Assembly: GCF_001194135.2 (NCBI RefSeq)
Contig: NC_068987.1
Location: 24,236,581-24,300,580 of the forward strand
Length of the DNA stretch: 64,000 nt
Source: Octopus bimaculoides
Lineage: Eukaryota
Direction of reading: 5' to 3'
Below the pieces are notes generated by a model. The model did no database searches. It was not told where the DNA came from and worked only from the letters and a program-made list of their open reading frames with translations. Made by a program: the position numbers and the translations under genes. Below, in pieces: positions 24,173 through 37,699 of the stretch (positions are counted from its first letter, which is position 1; every line of letters starts with the position of its first letter).

Positions 24173-24569
24173 ATATGAGCAGTATGGTGAAAATAGCATA
24201 ATATGGCATGTAAGGAAAATGTCTATTCAAGGTGTAACACTTGGGGTGGTTTTGACATATTAAATCTTCAGATGCTGTCATGTCTTCAATATCCTCGACT
24301 GTATAGGCAGCCATTAAACAGCTATATACACTGAATTTGACGAGAGTTGGGAATGTCATACCGGCTCTGACGTCTATGGTACTCTGCGAAATTGGCGCTT
24401 AAATTGACTGTATTTATAGGCCTTGCTCCTGGAAAGTTCCAGAAGAGCTACCAAACTGTCACGTGAACAACAGCCATTCATTGGATAAAATCTGTTGCAC
24501 ACATGAGCAAAATATGATTGAATTGTGATTTGAAATTCGTATCTGGCAAAACGCGATCAAATCCAAAGC

Positions 24570-26095
24570 TACATACCTACCAATCAACAATAGCTAGACG
24601 GTCAAGTTCAGTAGATCAAGCTGAAGATGGCGTCTACATCAGGTACCATCTAGACAGCAATCTTTTCAACCTCTGGTACCTACTGGCCCACACTAAGACT
24701 CAAGAGCAAGTGATCCAGGACCTCTTCTTTAGAGATGATGCTGCACTTGTCGCACACATAGAAAGAGCCCTCCAGCGCATCACATCCTGCTTTACAGAAG
24801 CCGCCCAGCTCTTTGGGCTGGAAGTAAGCTTGAAAAAGACTGAAGTCTTATACCAACCAGGAAGAGTACAGGATGCCCCACATCACCATTGCTGAAACAG
24901 AACTGAAGTCGATACAGCAGTTCACTTATCTTGGACATAACATTTTATCAGATGCAAGTATTCTTTTTTTTTTTTTCTATTCTTTAGGCACGAGGCACAA
25001 AATTTGGCAGACTGCACAAGCATGTGTGGAATAAGCATTTGTAAAAGGTTGATAGTTGCAATAGAGACATTAGTCTCTCTCTATCACCTTTCAACAAAAC
25101 TATATATTAAGAAACAGTAGAACAATTAACAACATAATAAAATAAGTTTTATTTTTGGTGATGCTTGGTTTTACAAATCCTGTGTCATTCAGCCTAGTAG
25201 TCGCTGGTTAACTTGTAATCAGCATTGGAAGGTTAAAAGCTTCGTTGAGGAATCTCAGAGGATCAAGTTGTTAAATCGAAGGCATCATGCTAAAGAGGCT
25301 TAGAAAGCGAAAGAAGCGCTTTAAGTGCTGGTTTTACTACGCATGTGCACTCGAGGGGCTTCCGGGAAGGCAAGTCCCTTGCGCATGCGTAGATTGTACT
25401 TCCTTAATGGCGGCCATAATTTCGCGCCACTACACATTTTAAGATCAGCACAAAAGTTAGTCTACAGGGCCATCATCCTCACAACACTCCTATATGACTC
25501 TGAGTCCTGGGTCCCCTACTGGTCATCTCAGGCTCCTTGAACGTTTTCACCAACACTGCCTTCATACCATCCACAACATCTACTGGAGTGACTACATTAC
25601 CAACACTGAGGTCCTCAAGTGAGCAAAGGTCACCAGCCTGGAAGCCATTTTATTTGAGACATGACTACATTGGGCAGGACACGTTGACAGGATGAAAGAC
25701 CACCACCTACCCAAGATCATCATGTACAGTGAGCTCACCACTGGCCACAACAGAGAGGGGGGCACCAAAGAAGCATTTCAAGGACTGCCTGAAGCAGTCC
25801 CTTAGCATTTGTGACACTGATTATCGTGAATGGTCCACTCTAACAGCTGACCATGCTGCTTGGTGCCATACCATTAGCGATGCTGTTTCCTCGTTTGAGA
25901 TCTCTCGCAGTGCATCTCTTGAAGACAACCGTCAGAGGTGAAAAGATAATGCAGCTGCATCATCGGATCCTGGACAATCATACCTCTGTCGTTATTGCAA
26001 TTAGATATGTTGATCCCACATTGGTCTTTTCAGCCATGAACGAGCATGCAGATGTGGACAACAGCCTTCCTAATTTTCGTCAGTGAAGCCAAGCC
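24570..26095 (+). mobile_element. RTE-BovB-like LINE (RT to 3' end), interrupted at ~24961-25001 and 25040-25439
   Basis: GVYIRYHLDSNLFNL...LFFRDDAALVAH...FGLEVSLKKTEVLYQP; FGRLHKHVWNK; KISTK..YRAIILTTLLYDSESW; C-terminal Cys/His finger relic. Confidence 0.88.
25336..25433. promoter_or_regulatory. Compact housekeeping-type promoter module (NRF1, ETS x2, YY1, E2F)
   Basis: TGCGCATGCGT 25380-25390, CTTCCGG 25359-25365, ACTTCC 25398-25403, ATGGCGGCC 25407-25415, TTTCGCGCC 25420-25428. Confidence 0.6.
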
Positions 26096-26099
26096 AAGA

Positions 26100-26315
26100 A
26101 AATTCCTTTCTGCTATAAGAACAAAGCCTGAAATCTGGAGGAGGGAGTAGTCGATTACATTGACCCAGTACTAAACTGGTACTTAATTTATCGACCCTGA
26201 AAGGATGAACGGCAAAGTTGACCTCGGTGGAATTTGAACTCAGAACATAGCAATGGGCAAAATACCACTAAGCATTTCATCCAGCATGCTAGCGATTCTG
26301 CCAGATCACGGCCTT
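26100..26315 (-). mobile_element. Deu/Nin-domain-like SINE
   Basis: ggtacttaatttatcgaccctgaaaggatgaacggcaaagttgacctcgg resembles the Deu/Nin core; related + copies at 56585-56864 and 57700-57830. Confidence 0.6.
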
Positions 26316-26369
26316 CAATAATAATAATAATAATGAAATTATTGTGTATAGTTGCCAGTACATAGGATT

Positions 26370-27180
26370 ATGTACAAATGTTAGGAAATGAACAGTGTAT
26401 GAGTCATGGTGTACATGTGTATGGAGGTGGGGGGAATATCAGGTGTAGTGTTGGTGAATTTCAGGAAGCATGGAGGTTTTAAAGGATACAATGTCTTGGC
26501 AACTAACAACTGATGCAGGTAGTTTGTTCCATGCTTCAGTAACTCTGAGTGTGAAAAAATGTTTCTGAAAGTCATGGGAGCTCTGCTGTTTTCTAATTTT
26601 GTAGCTATACCCACGTGTGTTAGACACATGGAATTCAAAAAGGTGCTCAAGGTTGTTGTTGGCACAATGGTTAATAATTTTGTGGATGTTTACCAAGTCA
26701 GTTGCCAGACATCAGAGCTTCAATGTATCCATGCCCAGAGAAGCAAGGCGTTCATAGTACGATAAATGCATATCTCTGAAAAGTTTCCAGGAGGTTGATG
26801 TTCTGAGCAAGATAGGGGATCCAGACTGGTGATGCAAATTTCAAGTGTGGCTGCACTATAGCCATATACACCCTTAAATAGATAGCTAGAGAGTGGCTGA
26901 CAAAGGTCTTGCTGAGTGATGCCAAGACACCCTTGTCCTTCTTGACAATTTTAGAAATGTGCTTTGTTCAGTGCAAATTACTGCTGACAGTAGTGCCCAG
27001 GTCACGTTCACAAGAAGACTTCTTGATATTAGTGTTGTGGAGGGATTGCGTGAATGCTGGGTTTTTTCTCCCAAAATGCATGGTGGTACACTTGTCCACA
27101 GCTAGCTTAAGTTGCCAGTCTGTGATCCATTGTTGCATTGTGTCCAGATCTGATTGCAGGAAAGATCTATCGTGTTCAGT
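26370..27180 (-). mobile_element. CR1-clade LINE 3' fragment
   Basis: DLGIIVSSNLH..HISKIVKK; NTRGYSYKI...HFFTLRVTEAWNKLPASVV..FK. Confidence 0.8.
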
Positions 27181-27849
27181 ATCTGTCCTTGTATGTATGT
27201 ATACGAGCCCAAATCTACATTCTGAAAGATATTTGTAGAAAATTTCATTAAAAACATCTCCATTTTTCTAAAATAAAGGAAATAAAGCCAACATGTGTGA
27301 ATTTTCCAAAACTCCTCTTCCCATCCTCAGAAAATTTTTTCACAAATTCCAATATAATCGATATCTACACCATCTCAAGCACATTTGTAGAAAACTTCCT
27401 TAAAATCATATCCATTTTTCAGGAAGTTATGAAGAAACAAAGTTGGTAGGGCATATTTGTATAGTAGGTATGCCACTCTTTTTCACAAAGATTACACACT
27501 ATGTCAAGAATGCCAAAGGTGCTTTCAAGGTAGACTGCAAGCAAATAACACCATCATTGCTCACAACCAGTGAACATAAGTGTTAATAAGAGAAAATACC
27601 AACTCATACAAACACAAACATATACATACTTGTATGTCTGTATTTATTTATTTACTATATCCATTCACAAGGCTTTGTTTAGCCTGGGGCTACAGAAGAC
27701 ACTTGTTCAACGTACCATATAATGGGACAAAATCTAAACCCATTTCAATAATAGAGAAGTTCCTCAAAATCCTGACAAAGTCTATTCTCATAGAATTGTC
27801 CATGAACCAAACGTGCCCTAGTTATAGAATGAATGACTACATTATCAAA

Positions 27850-28720
27850 AACTTACAAAAGTAGCACAGAAAATGTATTACACCCAATTACAGGCTAACA
27901 TTATACTACAAAAATATCAGAATTAATAACCTCATTGCCATCTCAAAGCCACACACTTGTAATGCAAATATAGAAGTTGTAAACCTGTTATATATCCTAG
28001 ATAATTTTGGTTTGACACACTGTTCTAGATTTTATTGGTAATTTCTACACAGATGTCGTTTTTCATACCAACAGAAAATCATAGCCTTTTGATAGTAGTC
28101 CATAAAATTATGAAACTTTGAAAATCAAAATTTTAGCAGTTCAGATTTTTCTTGACATTCCATCCAGTAGATATTATTTGTATATGTTCCTATATCAGCC
28201 AATTCAAACCATCTTGAAGTTAGAGTTAAGGAATAGGGTTTAGTGTTTGTCAGTCATCATAAACTTTCACTGCAGACATTAATATATTGTTTCATTAAAT
28301 ATTTTTTCATCTTTAATCAGATTTATCCACTCTTGACATCCCAGACTAGCTGACAATCTCAATTGCCATGTAATTTGTATGTTTTCACTACAATCAATTG
28401 AAACCATCTTGATTAGGGATACAATTTGCACTGCATCACAAAATTTCATAGTAAATTTTAATTTATTTTCTTTTATTAAATATTTGCATCCTTAACGATT
28501 TTTATCATTACTCAAAAAATAAATTATGATTTTCATCACCTCATGTCTTGAAAATAAAAAAAATTTTTAAAGTTGTTTTCCATAACATCACCAGTGTGCA
28601 GAGAATCACTGGATCCATTTGGCTAAAATAATTTTAAAAAAATTATGTCCTTAAAGGTTCAAAATTTTAATTATTTATTTCTTTAAAAAAACCCAGAAAA
28701 GTGAAAACAAATGATAAAGG
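27850..28720 (-). mobile_element. Possible THAP-domain DNA transposon relic
   Basis: Frameshifted MKFCDA..NC, EWINLIKR and VCSESF resemble THAP signature segments; heavily decayed. Confidence 0.25.
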
Positions 28721-29203
28721 AATGAAGTTATATTTATTGTATGATAACAGTTGTCAGAACTGTTCCCAATGATGTATATATAAATAATTTTTGTTGCTTA
28801 TGGTTGTAGTCTGTATTGTTCTCATTTGAAAGTGTAGTCATCGAAAGTAGAGCAATTCTTAAATTGGTTGAAATGAGAAAACTTATGTAAATAGTAAGAG
28901 ATAATGAATTAATGAAGAATATATACCTTACAATAAAATTTCATGTAATTGATATTGTAATCCCTCCATATGTTTTTCTTTGTGTTAGCAGCATTTGTGA
29001 GGTTGCTAACTTTTCATCAGGGATAGGAAAAGGAAAATGCTCCTATTACTAAATGGGTGAGTGGGGTATTTGAAAAGGGCAGATGACTTTGTGCAGAATA
29101 TTGAAAGGTTGAAGTAAGATAGAAAGACACGCACTGGTGTCTTGCTACACAAATATATATAACCTGTGTATCATATTTACAAAAAATGTGTACATAAATT
29201 GTG

Positions 29204-29234
<31 letters not shown>

Positions 29235-29586
29235 AACAACAGCCACTTACAATTCATAAAAATTGTTCCAATAAGAAAGTGAAAGATACATTTTAAATTT
29301 AAACAAAATATACTGTTTATTATAAAATTGAAAAAATTTCAATATACAATTACAATTGTATATTTACAATTGTAAAACATCACAATTGGAAATTTTACAG
29401 TTAATTACAGGATAAATGCTATCATCATTTACTACAACCGAATGGATATAAACAATAAGAAGATAACAAAAAATTGTAATCATTACTTATAACCTACTAA
29501 TTAGACTATTTTGACGTTATCAACAAATATCTGGAAATATCGATCAATTACTCTTTTAAATATTTTACAGGTGTTCACATAGTGTT

Positions 29587-29745
29587 TAATAATGTTACTA
29601 TAGTGATAATAGACATTTGCTAATGCCTAATAATGTTACTATGATGCTATATAAATACATTTGTTAGTGGTTAATAATTATTACACTGATAACAAACATT
29701 TGTTTGTTTGATAATGTTACTATGGTGATAACCGACATTTAATGT
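29587..29745. repeat. Minisatellite, about four units of ~41-44 bp
   Basis: taataatgttactat(a/g)gtgataa...acattt recurs near 29587, 29628, 29672 and 29710. Confidence 0.7.
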
Positions 29746-30596
29746 TAAAGAAAATAGCTAATATCTTAGCTAAGTCAGTACAGGATAATGTTAGCTTGGA
29801 TGTAATTCATGTTCATGTGTGGATGTAGAGTCAGAGATGCCATGTTTCTATAAGGACAACTGGAAAAGGTTTTAAGAATAAACCACTTAATCAATCTGGA
29901 GAATACTTCTAACAGGATCTCACCTTATGTAGTCTTGTGTGTGTACTAAGACTAGGTACAGATGTAGTCTTGTGAGAGACATTTCATACCAAATATGTAC
30001 TAAAGTAATTGAAAGAAACAAAGGTTTTGTGAAAGCTTGACTAAGGACTGAAACATCAGATGCTCTGTATGTACATGAGTAGTTAAAAGTAGCAGGAGCT
30101 ATAAAACAACTGGAAAATAACAACTTGCAGCAAATTAAGCATATATAGGCCTCCACCTAGAATTTGTCTAATTCCACTTCTGTTCATTATAGTTCTGTGT
30201 TACAGAATTATAATGAATTTAAACTATTGTAACACAGAGTTCAAAATTATTGATAATCTGGTTGTAGAAGCAGAATTTGCCAAACAAGCCATGGAATATT
30301 TTTTTAAACTTGGGAGAATGATCAGGAGTATAGAAACCTAAAACGTGGCAAAGTTAAAAAATCTACAGAGTACAATATGTGTAGTATTAACCCCAAAAGT
30401 TTATGAAGGTTTCTGGCAGATTGACTGAGGATTGGGGCATACTACATTAATTAAAAGTAGTAGCATCAGCCATTGAATATTCAAATGGCCAGAAACTCAG
30501 TACAAATAAATGATGCAAAATACCTCAGAAAAGCTGCAAGCATTGAAGATTAAAATACAAATGATGTTGATGATAACTGTATTCTAGAAAAAAATC

Positions 30597-30633
<37 letters not shown>

Positions 30634-30826
30634 TTATCATAAAATATATTGTTGATTGTAGAAAACATTTTGCCAAAGTATCTATGGAATTTTCACCTAT
30701 AAATAATTATTAAATAAAGTTCCACTACAGGTACCACAATGGTATGGTCTTTCATTTGTCTGGGCTAAGTTTGTGTTAAAATAAAGAACCACCTTAAGAG
30801 AATGTTTTACTACAAATATCAGAGTT

Positions 30827-31990
30827 TTATGGGCTTTCTCCTGTATGAACACGTATGTGAGAAGACAAATGACCTCTTTTAGAAAATGTTTTACCACAAA
30901 TGTCACAGTGGTATGGGCTTTCTTCTAAATGAATATGTTTGTGGGAACACAGCTCAACATTTGTAGAAAATGATTCACTACAGATATCACAGTGATATGG
31001 TTTCTCTCCTGCATGAATATGTTTGTGAAAAGACAAATCATCACTTCTAGAAAATGTTTCATCACCAGTATCATACTGGTATGTTTTCTCTCCAGTGTGG
31101 ATACGTTTGTGGGAAGATAAATTACTATTCTGAGAAAAATTTTTACCACAGATGTCACAATGATATGGTTTCCCTCCCGTGTGAACGAGTCTGTGGCAAG
31201 ACAAATCACCATTTCTAGAAAATGTTTTACCACAGATATCACATTTAAATGGTCTTTCTCCAGAGTGAATATGTTTGTGGCGAGTCAATGAACTGTTTCT
31301 AGTGAATCTCTCATCGCAGATATCACAGTGATATGGTTTTTCTCCTGTATGAGTAAGTTTGTGAGAAGACAAATGACTACTAACAGAAAATGTTCTACCA
31401 CAGATATCACAGCGATATGGTCTTTCTCCTGTATGAATACGTATATGACAAGACAAATGACCCCTTGTAGAAAATGTTTTATCACAGATATCACAGCGGA
31501 ATGGGCTTTCTCCTGTGTGAATTCGTTTGTGGGTAAATAAGCTACGATTATCAAAGAATGCTTTACCACAGTCACTACATTGGAAAGGTTTTTCTCCTGT
31601 ATGAATACGTTTGTGAGTAGATAAATTACCTTTCTGAGAGAAGTTTTTACCACATGTGTCACAGTGGTATGGTTTTTCTCCAGTATGAATACGCTTGTGG
31701 GCAGATAAACTGCCACTTGTAGAAAAGTTTTCATCACAGATATCACAGTGGTGTAGTTTTTTCCCTGTATGAATACGTTTATGGCAAGATAACAAATTTC
31801 TTGTAGAAAATATTTTATCACAAATTTTACATTGGTACAGTTTTTTGACAGAGTGGATTAATTTATGCTGAATTAAATTCTTTCTTGTTGTGAATAATTC
31901 CTCACAGATATCACAAGGATGTGATTCCTCTTCTGTATTTTCCTGTGTCTGAGTTGATGAATCAATATTTTCAGACTTTTTCTCATCCAT
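30827..31990 (-). CDS. C2H2 zinc-finger protein, 387 aa; 13 finger units (one has lost both Cys)
   Basis: First ATG at 31990 (MDEKK), homologous to the 47222 start; the ORF track's 32050 start is a TTG. Confidence 0.93.
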   Translation of the reverse strand: MDEKKSENIDSSTQTQENTEEESHPCDICEELFTTRKNLIQHKLIHSVKKLYQCKICDKIFSTRNLLSCHKRIHTGKKLHHCDICDENFSTSGSLSAHKRIHTGEKPYHCDTCGKNFSQKGNLSTHKRIHTGEKPFQCSDCGKAFFDNRSLFTHKRIHTGESPFRCDICDKTFSTRGHLSCHIRIHTGERPYRCDICGRTFSVSSHLSSHKLTHTGEKPYHCDICDERFTRNSSLTRHKHIHSGERPFKCDICGKTFSRNGDLSCHRLVHTGGKPYHCDICGKNFSQNSNLSSHKRIHTGEKTYQYDTGDETFSRSDDLSFHKHIHAGEKPYHCDICSESFSTNVELCSHKHIHLEESPYHCDICGKTFSKRGHLSSHIRVHTGESP

Positions 31991-32917
31991 AACTTTCTCT
32001 TTTAATCTATATGATGTGTTGATGTTTTGGCTGTTAAGAGAGAACTTCAAGTCAATTTATTGTAAAAGAATCTTATAATAACTAACTAGTAACTTAAGGG
32101 TTATCAAATTGGATCATTAAACTAACAAGATATTTCTAGATATACCACTCCTAACACATGAGAGTTTCAATATCATAGTGATTAATCCCTGTTAAATCAA
32201 AATTTCTGAACATAATTTTCCAGTTCACGTCAGCATGGAAGATGGATGTTAAAAGATGATAATTTTTCATTATAGTACAGGTTCCTGTCTGAGGATTGTG
32301 GCTATGCTGCAGCACTACCTATGCTAGTGAGGCCGTTACAACAGCCTTCTTCTAAATATGGCTTACGTAGTTTCGCCACTAATCTCAATCCAAAGGAAAT
32401 ATTTTACATTCATTCAACAAAGAGTTGTAGAAATAGGCTGACATTAGCTTGACGAAGTTCTTTTTAGTCTTCAAAAGTTGATAAACATGTTGATCTCCAG
32501 TGAAATATTAGTATCTCAACGTCATCAGATAACCTGAAATAAGAAGACAACATGAGATATAAGGGACAATGAAGTGTAAATATAAATATTATTGGAGAGA
32601 AGATATTTGACCACAGGCAACAAAGTTAGATTAGCAAGCAACAGCCAGAACACATTTACAGAAGAGGAAAAGAACAAGATGTGGTGGACTCAATGATAAG
32701 GACTATGAGTCCAGATCTTAGAATGAAGACCTTCAAATATGACCAGTCTACAGAACATTACCAAACCATTATATAAATATTATATCTTCTGATCAAAACA
32801 AACATACATATCTACAATATAATAATAACAAAACAGATTACTTCATTTGGTGCAAACTTTTGGTTGTCAGTCTCTTTGGATATATCTCGATCAATTCTAA
32901 AAGACAAAACGTATAAT

Positions 32918-33073
32918 GGTGTGGCTGTGTGGTAAAAAGTTGGCTTTCCGACTACATGATTCTGGCTTCAGTCCCACTAGGTCACACTTTGGGTAGGTGT
33001 CTTCTACTATAGCCCTGGGCCAACCAAAGTCTTGTTAATAGATTTGATAGATAGAAACTGAAAGGAGCCTATA

Positions 33074-33075
<2 letters not shown>
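32918..33075 (+). mobile_element. tRNA/CORE-type SINE 5' part
   Basis: ggtgtggctgtgtggtaa...cagtcccact...gtgtcttctactatagccctgggccaaccaaag. Confidence 0.75.
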
Positions 33076-33104
<29 letters not shown>

Positions 33105-33284
33105 TATATAAGCAACTATATGAAAGCATTATTGCTGTTTTTAACAGCAATAATGGGGCGGTTAGCAAGACTTCTACCTGTGTGCATGTGTAGATGGGGG
33201 TGGTGGAGGTATATGTGCGTTTTTTCACGCCTATGCACGTGTGTATGTATATGTGCGTGCATGTGTGTGCGTATGTGTGTGTGG

Positions 33285-33333
<49 letters not shown>

Positions 33334-33968
33334 AATTATTTTTACTTCTGACTGGAATAGCATTCACTGCTTGACCATTCTTATAATATACACGTTGGCT
33401 TTCGTGAGTGGATTTAATATCAACTTTCCTTGGATGTATACGTGTAAATACTTGTGTTTCGACATGTGAACCAGCTTTGGATGGTATGTACAATTATTTG
33501 GACTTAAACTTCCCCCCATGTACAGTGATGACAAAGGAAGAAGGCCTATTTTGTGCGTCAATCCATACATTGGACCCAATTTACAATTAACATGAGGTCT
33601 TTTTAATTCTCACTCGCTAGCGCATTTTCAGTCGTGTATATTTAGCTGGAGGTTTTGGTAGTTTTTTCAAGTTGTCAGCACATGAGGCATGCTGGAGACA
33701 GGTCGTTTTCACCCTTGCTCCCTTGATTTAATTATATACACATATATATCATTATTAATTTAATGCATTCACTGTCTATAAAGTTTTATATATATATCCA
33801 AGAAAGTTAGGGGTTGTGAATCCAACCCACTAAGGGATAATATCTATCCAATATACTGCTGGAAGAATACCCAATTATTATTACACTAGTGTTTTTTTTT
33901 TTGGCACGGCAATTACATTACCAAGTGCAATAAATGGATGCGGGTAAAAAGTTATTTCACCATTAATT

Positions 33969-34159
33969 TATATAGCAATAAGAAAATGGAGGGAATTAAT
34001 AGGTGGTATTCATCAACTTGCAGAAATTGCATTATGTCAATTTACTTGTTTATTTGTTTGTTTTGTCCTTTTAGTAAACAAATAAACAAGTAAATTGACA
34101 TAATACAATGTCTGCAAGTTGATGAATACCACCTATTAATCCCCTCCATTTTCTTATTG

Positions 34160-34166
<7 letters not shown>
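33969..34166. repeat. Fold-back hairpin (91-nt arms, 16-nt loop), TA-flanked, MITE-like
   Basis: 33969-34059 versus the reverse complement of 34076-34166: 4 mismatches in 91 nt. Confidence 0.9.
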
Positions 34167-34197
<31 letters not shown>

Positions 34198-34204
34198 TTG
34201 TGTG

Positions 34205-34250
<46 letters not shown>

Positions 34251-34290
34251 TATACATAAATATATATATACACACACACACATACATATA

Positions 34291-35530
34291 CAGGGTGTCT
34301 CAATAATATGCATACACACTTTTAATACCTATAAAGGCAATAATTATTAGTATACATAGGTTTTTTTTTAAATATTATGATCTACAAACGTAACTGAAAC
34401 GCATTTAAACACCCGAAAATAATTTATATTCAACAATTTATACAAAGCAGAATCCATTTTAATACAATTTGTTTCAGATTTTGCGATCATCTGTTTTCAA
34501 ATTGATATCCAATTTGATCCAGACATTTTTGTCAACGGGAAGTAATAGAATTAATAACAGCTAGTTAGTTACTTGAATGCATTCATTTTCATTGCCATCT
34601 CTCAGTTCAGCAATTGTCGTAGGTCTTGTAGCATACAGTTTATCTTTTAAGTATCCCCTTACGAAAAAATCTAAAGGGGTAAGGTCTGGTGAATGAGGAA
34701 GGTATTTTACAAAAGCTCTTCTTCCAATCCACCAGGGTGGCAAAATCTCATTAAGGTAGGACTGTACATCACGATGATAGTGTGGTGGTGCTTCATCTTT
34801 AAACACATTTCTAATGCATGACAGGATAGACTATTGCAGCATAATCAAATAAATAAGACCAGTTACTGTAGCATCAATAAGGAATGTTCCAATTAATCAT
34901 CTGGATGTAACAGCACACCAAACTGTAATTCCTGGTAAATTAACTTCTTGTTCCACTGTAACACGCAGATTTTGAGCCCCACACCCAAATGAGCAGTTGT
35001 GACAATTAAACCATTTAATTCAAATGTAACTTCATCAATCCACACAACTTTTGTTGCAAAATGTACACCTTCTGAGCATTTTGCCAAGTACTATTCGCAA
35101 TACTCTATTCTTCTGTTTGGATCATTGTCAATGATAGCATGGGTGAATGTAGGGATATAACTTTCCCATTCCTAGCAATTTAAAATGGACAAATGCACTT
35201 GAAATCCCCATGTCTAAGCTTGCTTGCCGCAAAGATTTTTGGGACTTCTTTGAAAACTTTCCTTTACCATTTCTTCCTTTATGGGGATCGTTGATGGACA
35301 TGGTCTTCCCAGAATGGTTCTTATGCACATCCTGCACTGTTCCATCAGATTCAACCTTATTAAAGATGTGATAGATGGCTACATGCATAGCTGGATTCTG
35401 ACTAAAAAAGTCTTTTATACTGTCTTTGGATTTCAACTGTGTTTTCATACTTCCAATAGCATTTTAGGATGAATGTCCTTTGTTCAAAGCTAATTCTTCA
35501 TGCCATCGTCTATTCTTATACATATATCTG
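34291..35530 (-). mobile_element. Tc1/mariner DD41D (rosa/Visitor-type) transposon, decayed
   Basis: KDEAPPHY...WIGRR...SPDLTPLDFF with 41 residues between D2 and D3; WIDEVTF (D1); TA-cagggtgtctca TIR at 34291. Confidence 0.85.
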
Positions 35531-35656
35531 AAAATAAAATAAAAAGTATTTGAGTTATCTACTAATAATTATTGCTTCTATAGGTATTCAAAGTGTGTAT
35601 ATATATTATAGATACCCCCTGTATCTATATTTCTGTGTTTGTTTGAGTGTATGTAG

Positions 35657-35710
<54 letters not shown>

Positions 35711-35999
35711 TTACACACATACACACATATATATATATACAAACATATCTATATACACACACACATATATATGAATATAAATATACATATCTTTATACAC
35801 ACACACACATATATATATCAATATAAATATATACATATATGTATATATATACATTTNNNNNNNNNNNNNNNNNNNNNNNNNNNNNNNNNNNNNNNNNNNN
35901 NNNNNNNNNNNNNNNNNNNNNNNNNNNNNNNNNNNNNNNNNNNNNNNNNNNNNNNNCTTGAAGAAATTTGTCCAGACTCCATTTAAAGGTGATGGGATC

Positions 36000-36955
36000 C
36001 TTTTCCCCTTTGATCAGTTTTGGGACAATGTATCATCATCGTCAGCCCAACACAGATTAGAACCATACACTTGTGAATGAAGCACACATAAACAATTTCA
36101 GCGTTTCCTAAGAGGGGGACCGTTTGAGCGATAGATTGCTCCCAGTTGAAGGAGGTTAATGGTCAACAGTTGGAATGTAGCCCTCAAGAGATTCATGCAA
36201 CACATAGCTGCCATGCATTTTGTAAATTGGTATCCTTTCCGTTGAATTGGTCACATTATTATTATGAATAAACATACTTGAAGTAATCGACCTTATAGAA
36301 AGCAGGAGAAATGTCCTCAAATATGTGATACCTAACCTGCCTTTCCGCTGGTCCGTTTGTAGCAGCTGTTTGACAACATTGTTTCTTCGCATTATTATCG
36401 TGCAACTGCAACGAATCACCACCCCTTTGCCATCGTAGGAGCACCACACGAACCGCCTTCCATAAACTCACAGAATGTCAAGAGGCAGGTGCCCCTTTCT
36501 GATATGGGAAAAATAGTAAAAGTAATTGAGCGTACCCCATTATATGCATGCATGGCGATAACGTACCCACATCAGCCTTGGCAAATATGTAGTAGTTCAT
36601 TCTAGACAATGTTTCTTGTCTTCCCCCATGTGTTAATGCGAACAGACTGTCTCTACTGTCGACTCTGGAGCATGCAACATACAGCTGGCCGTGGGAAAAG
36701 CAAGGCTCTTCCAAGAGAAATTCAGCCAGAGAAAGAGTCTGACCCTGGGACTTGTTGACAGACATGGCGAAGCTGAGCCGGAGGGGAAATTGCAGTCTTC
36801 TGAAGGTGAAAGGTATGTCTGCTCCCAAGGGAGTAAGGGGAATCCTGGGAATGAATACATCCTCACCTTTTCCACATCCAGAAAGGATGGTTGCCTTGAC
36901 AACATGCTTCATCAATTTGTTTACAACCAAGGTTTTGCAAAAACCGAACATTGAT
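36000..36955 (-). mobile_element. Helitron RepHel fragment (Pif1-like helicase C-terminus)
   Basis: VFIPRIPL...FRRLQFPLRLSFAMSVNKSQGQTL...CFSHGQLYVACSRV; the 36000-36470 part is less certain. Confidence 0.85.
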
Positions 36956-36959
36956 CAAA

Positions 36960-37265
36960 GCAGTTGTTATGACTAAAACATGCCTCGGAACATACCTAAT
37001 GCATATCTGAAATTTCAATCGAATCGGTCTGGTGCTTCAGCAGTTTGGCCTGGCTTGACGCGATAGCACTTGTACAAGTAAACAGCAGAAAAATATAACT
37101 TTTTGAAAGGCAGCTTGGGTATTGATTTGATTCAAGAGGTTACCAAGGTTACAGCTTTAACAATGTCACGCCCCAAACTGTCTTTTCTCAAGTGTAAGGC
37201 CTCATGTTTCCACAGTTTCATGGTAATTTATTAACACCCGTGCAACGCCAGTTACTACTGCTAGT
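36960..37265 (+). mobile_element. Non-autonomous Helitron 3' end
   Basis: cccgtgcaacgccagttactactgCTAGt: degenerate subterminal hairpin plus CTAG terminus at 37261-37264. Confidence 0.6.
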
Positions 37266-37699
37266 GAAATGGATGAAGAAAGTAGTAAGTATTTACCAGT
37301 AGCTTGTGCAGTGCAGAGGCTGTTATTGCTTTAACTATTTCATGCTACGCAGAAATCGCTTCCATTTATTGCAATGGAAAGCCTCAATGCCAGATGATTA
37401 CTGTTATTGGCAGTGGCTATTTTGAGGTCATGTGGGGTCAGAATGTGTGTGCACACCATGATGGAGATTAATTGTTTATGCATCGGAGAAGGAATGGGGT
37501 AAGAATTCTGAGAAAAACAAATCAGGAGCTACCTCAACAAAGGCATTTTGTTTGAATGTGAGTTTGTCAAATTGTGCTCAAACAAAGTGCAGTTTAATGA
37601 AATGAACCATGGCATAAGACTCGTTGGGTGAAAATGCATTCGTTTACTGAGTTTGGTTTAAATTGGCTCAATGGTCCCAGCGCTATAGCCTGCCTTAAA

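Noticed and set aside
29587-29745. Repeat array as a CRISPR-like structure
   Set aside because: Eukaryotic context; units are degenerate tandem copies without unique spacers.
32048-32050. ORF-track start MKFSLNS for the minus-strand ZNF
   Set aside because: It is a TTG; the ATG at 31990 aligns with the paralog's start.
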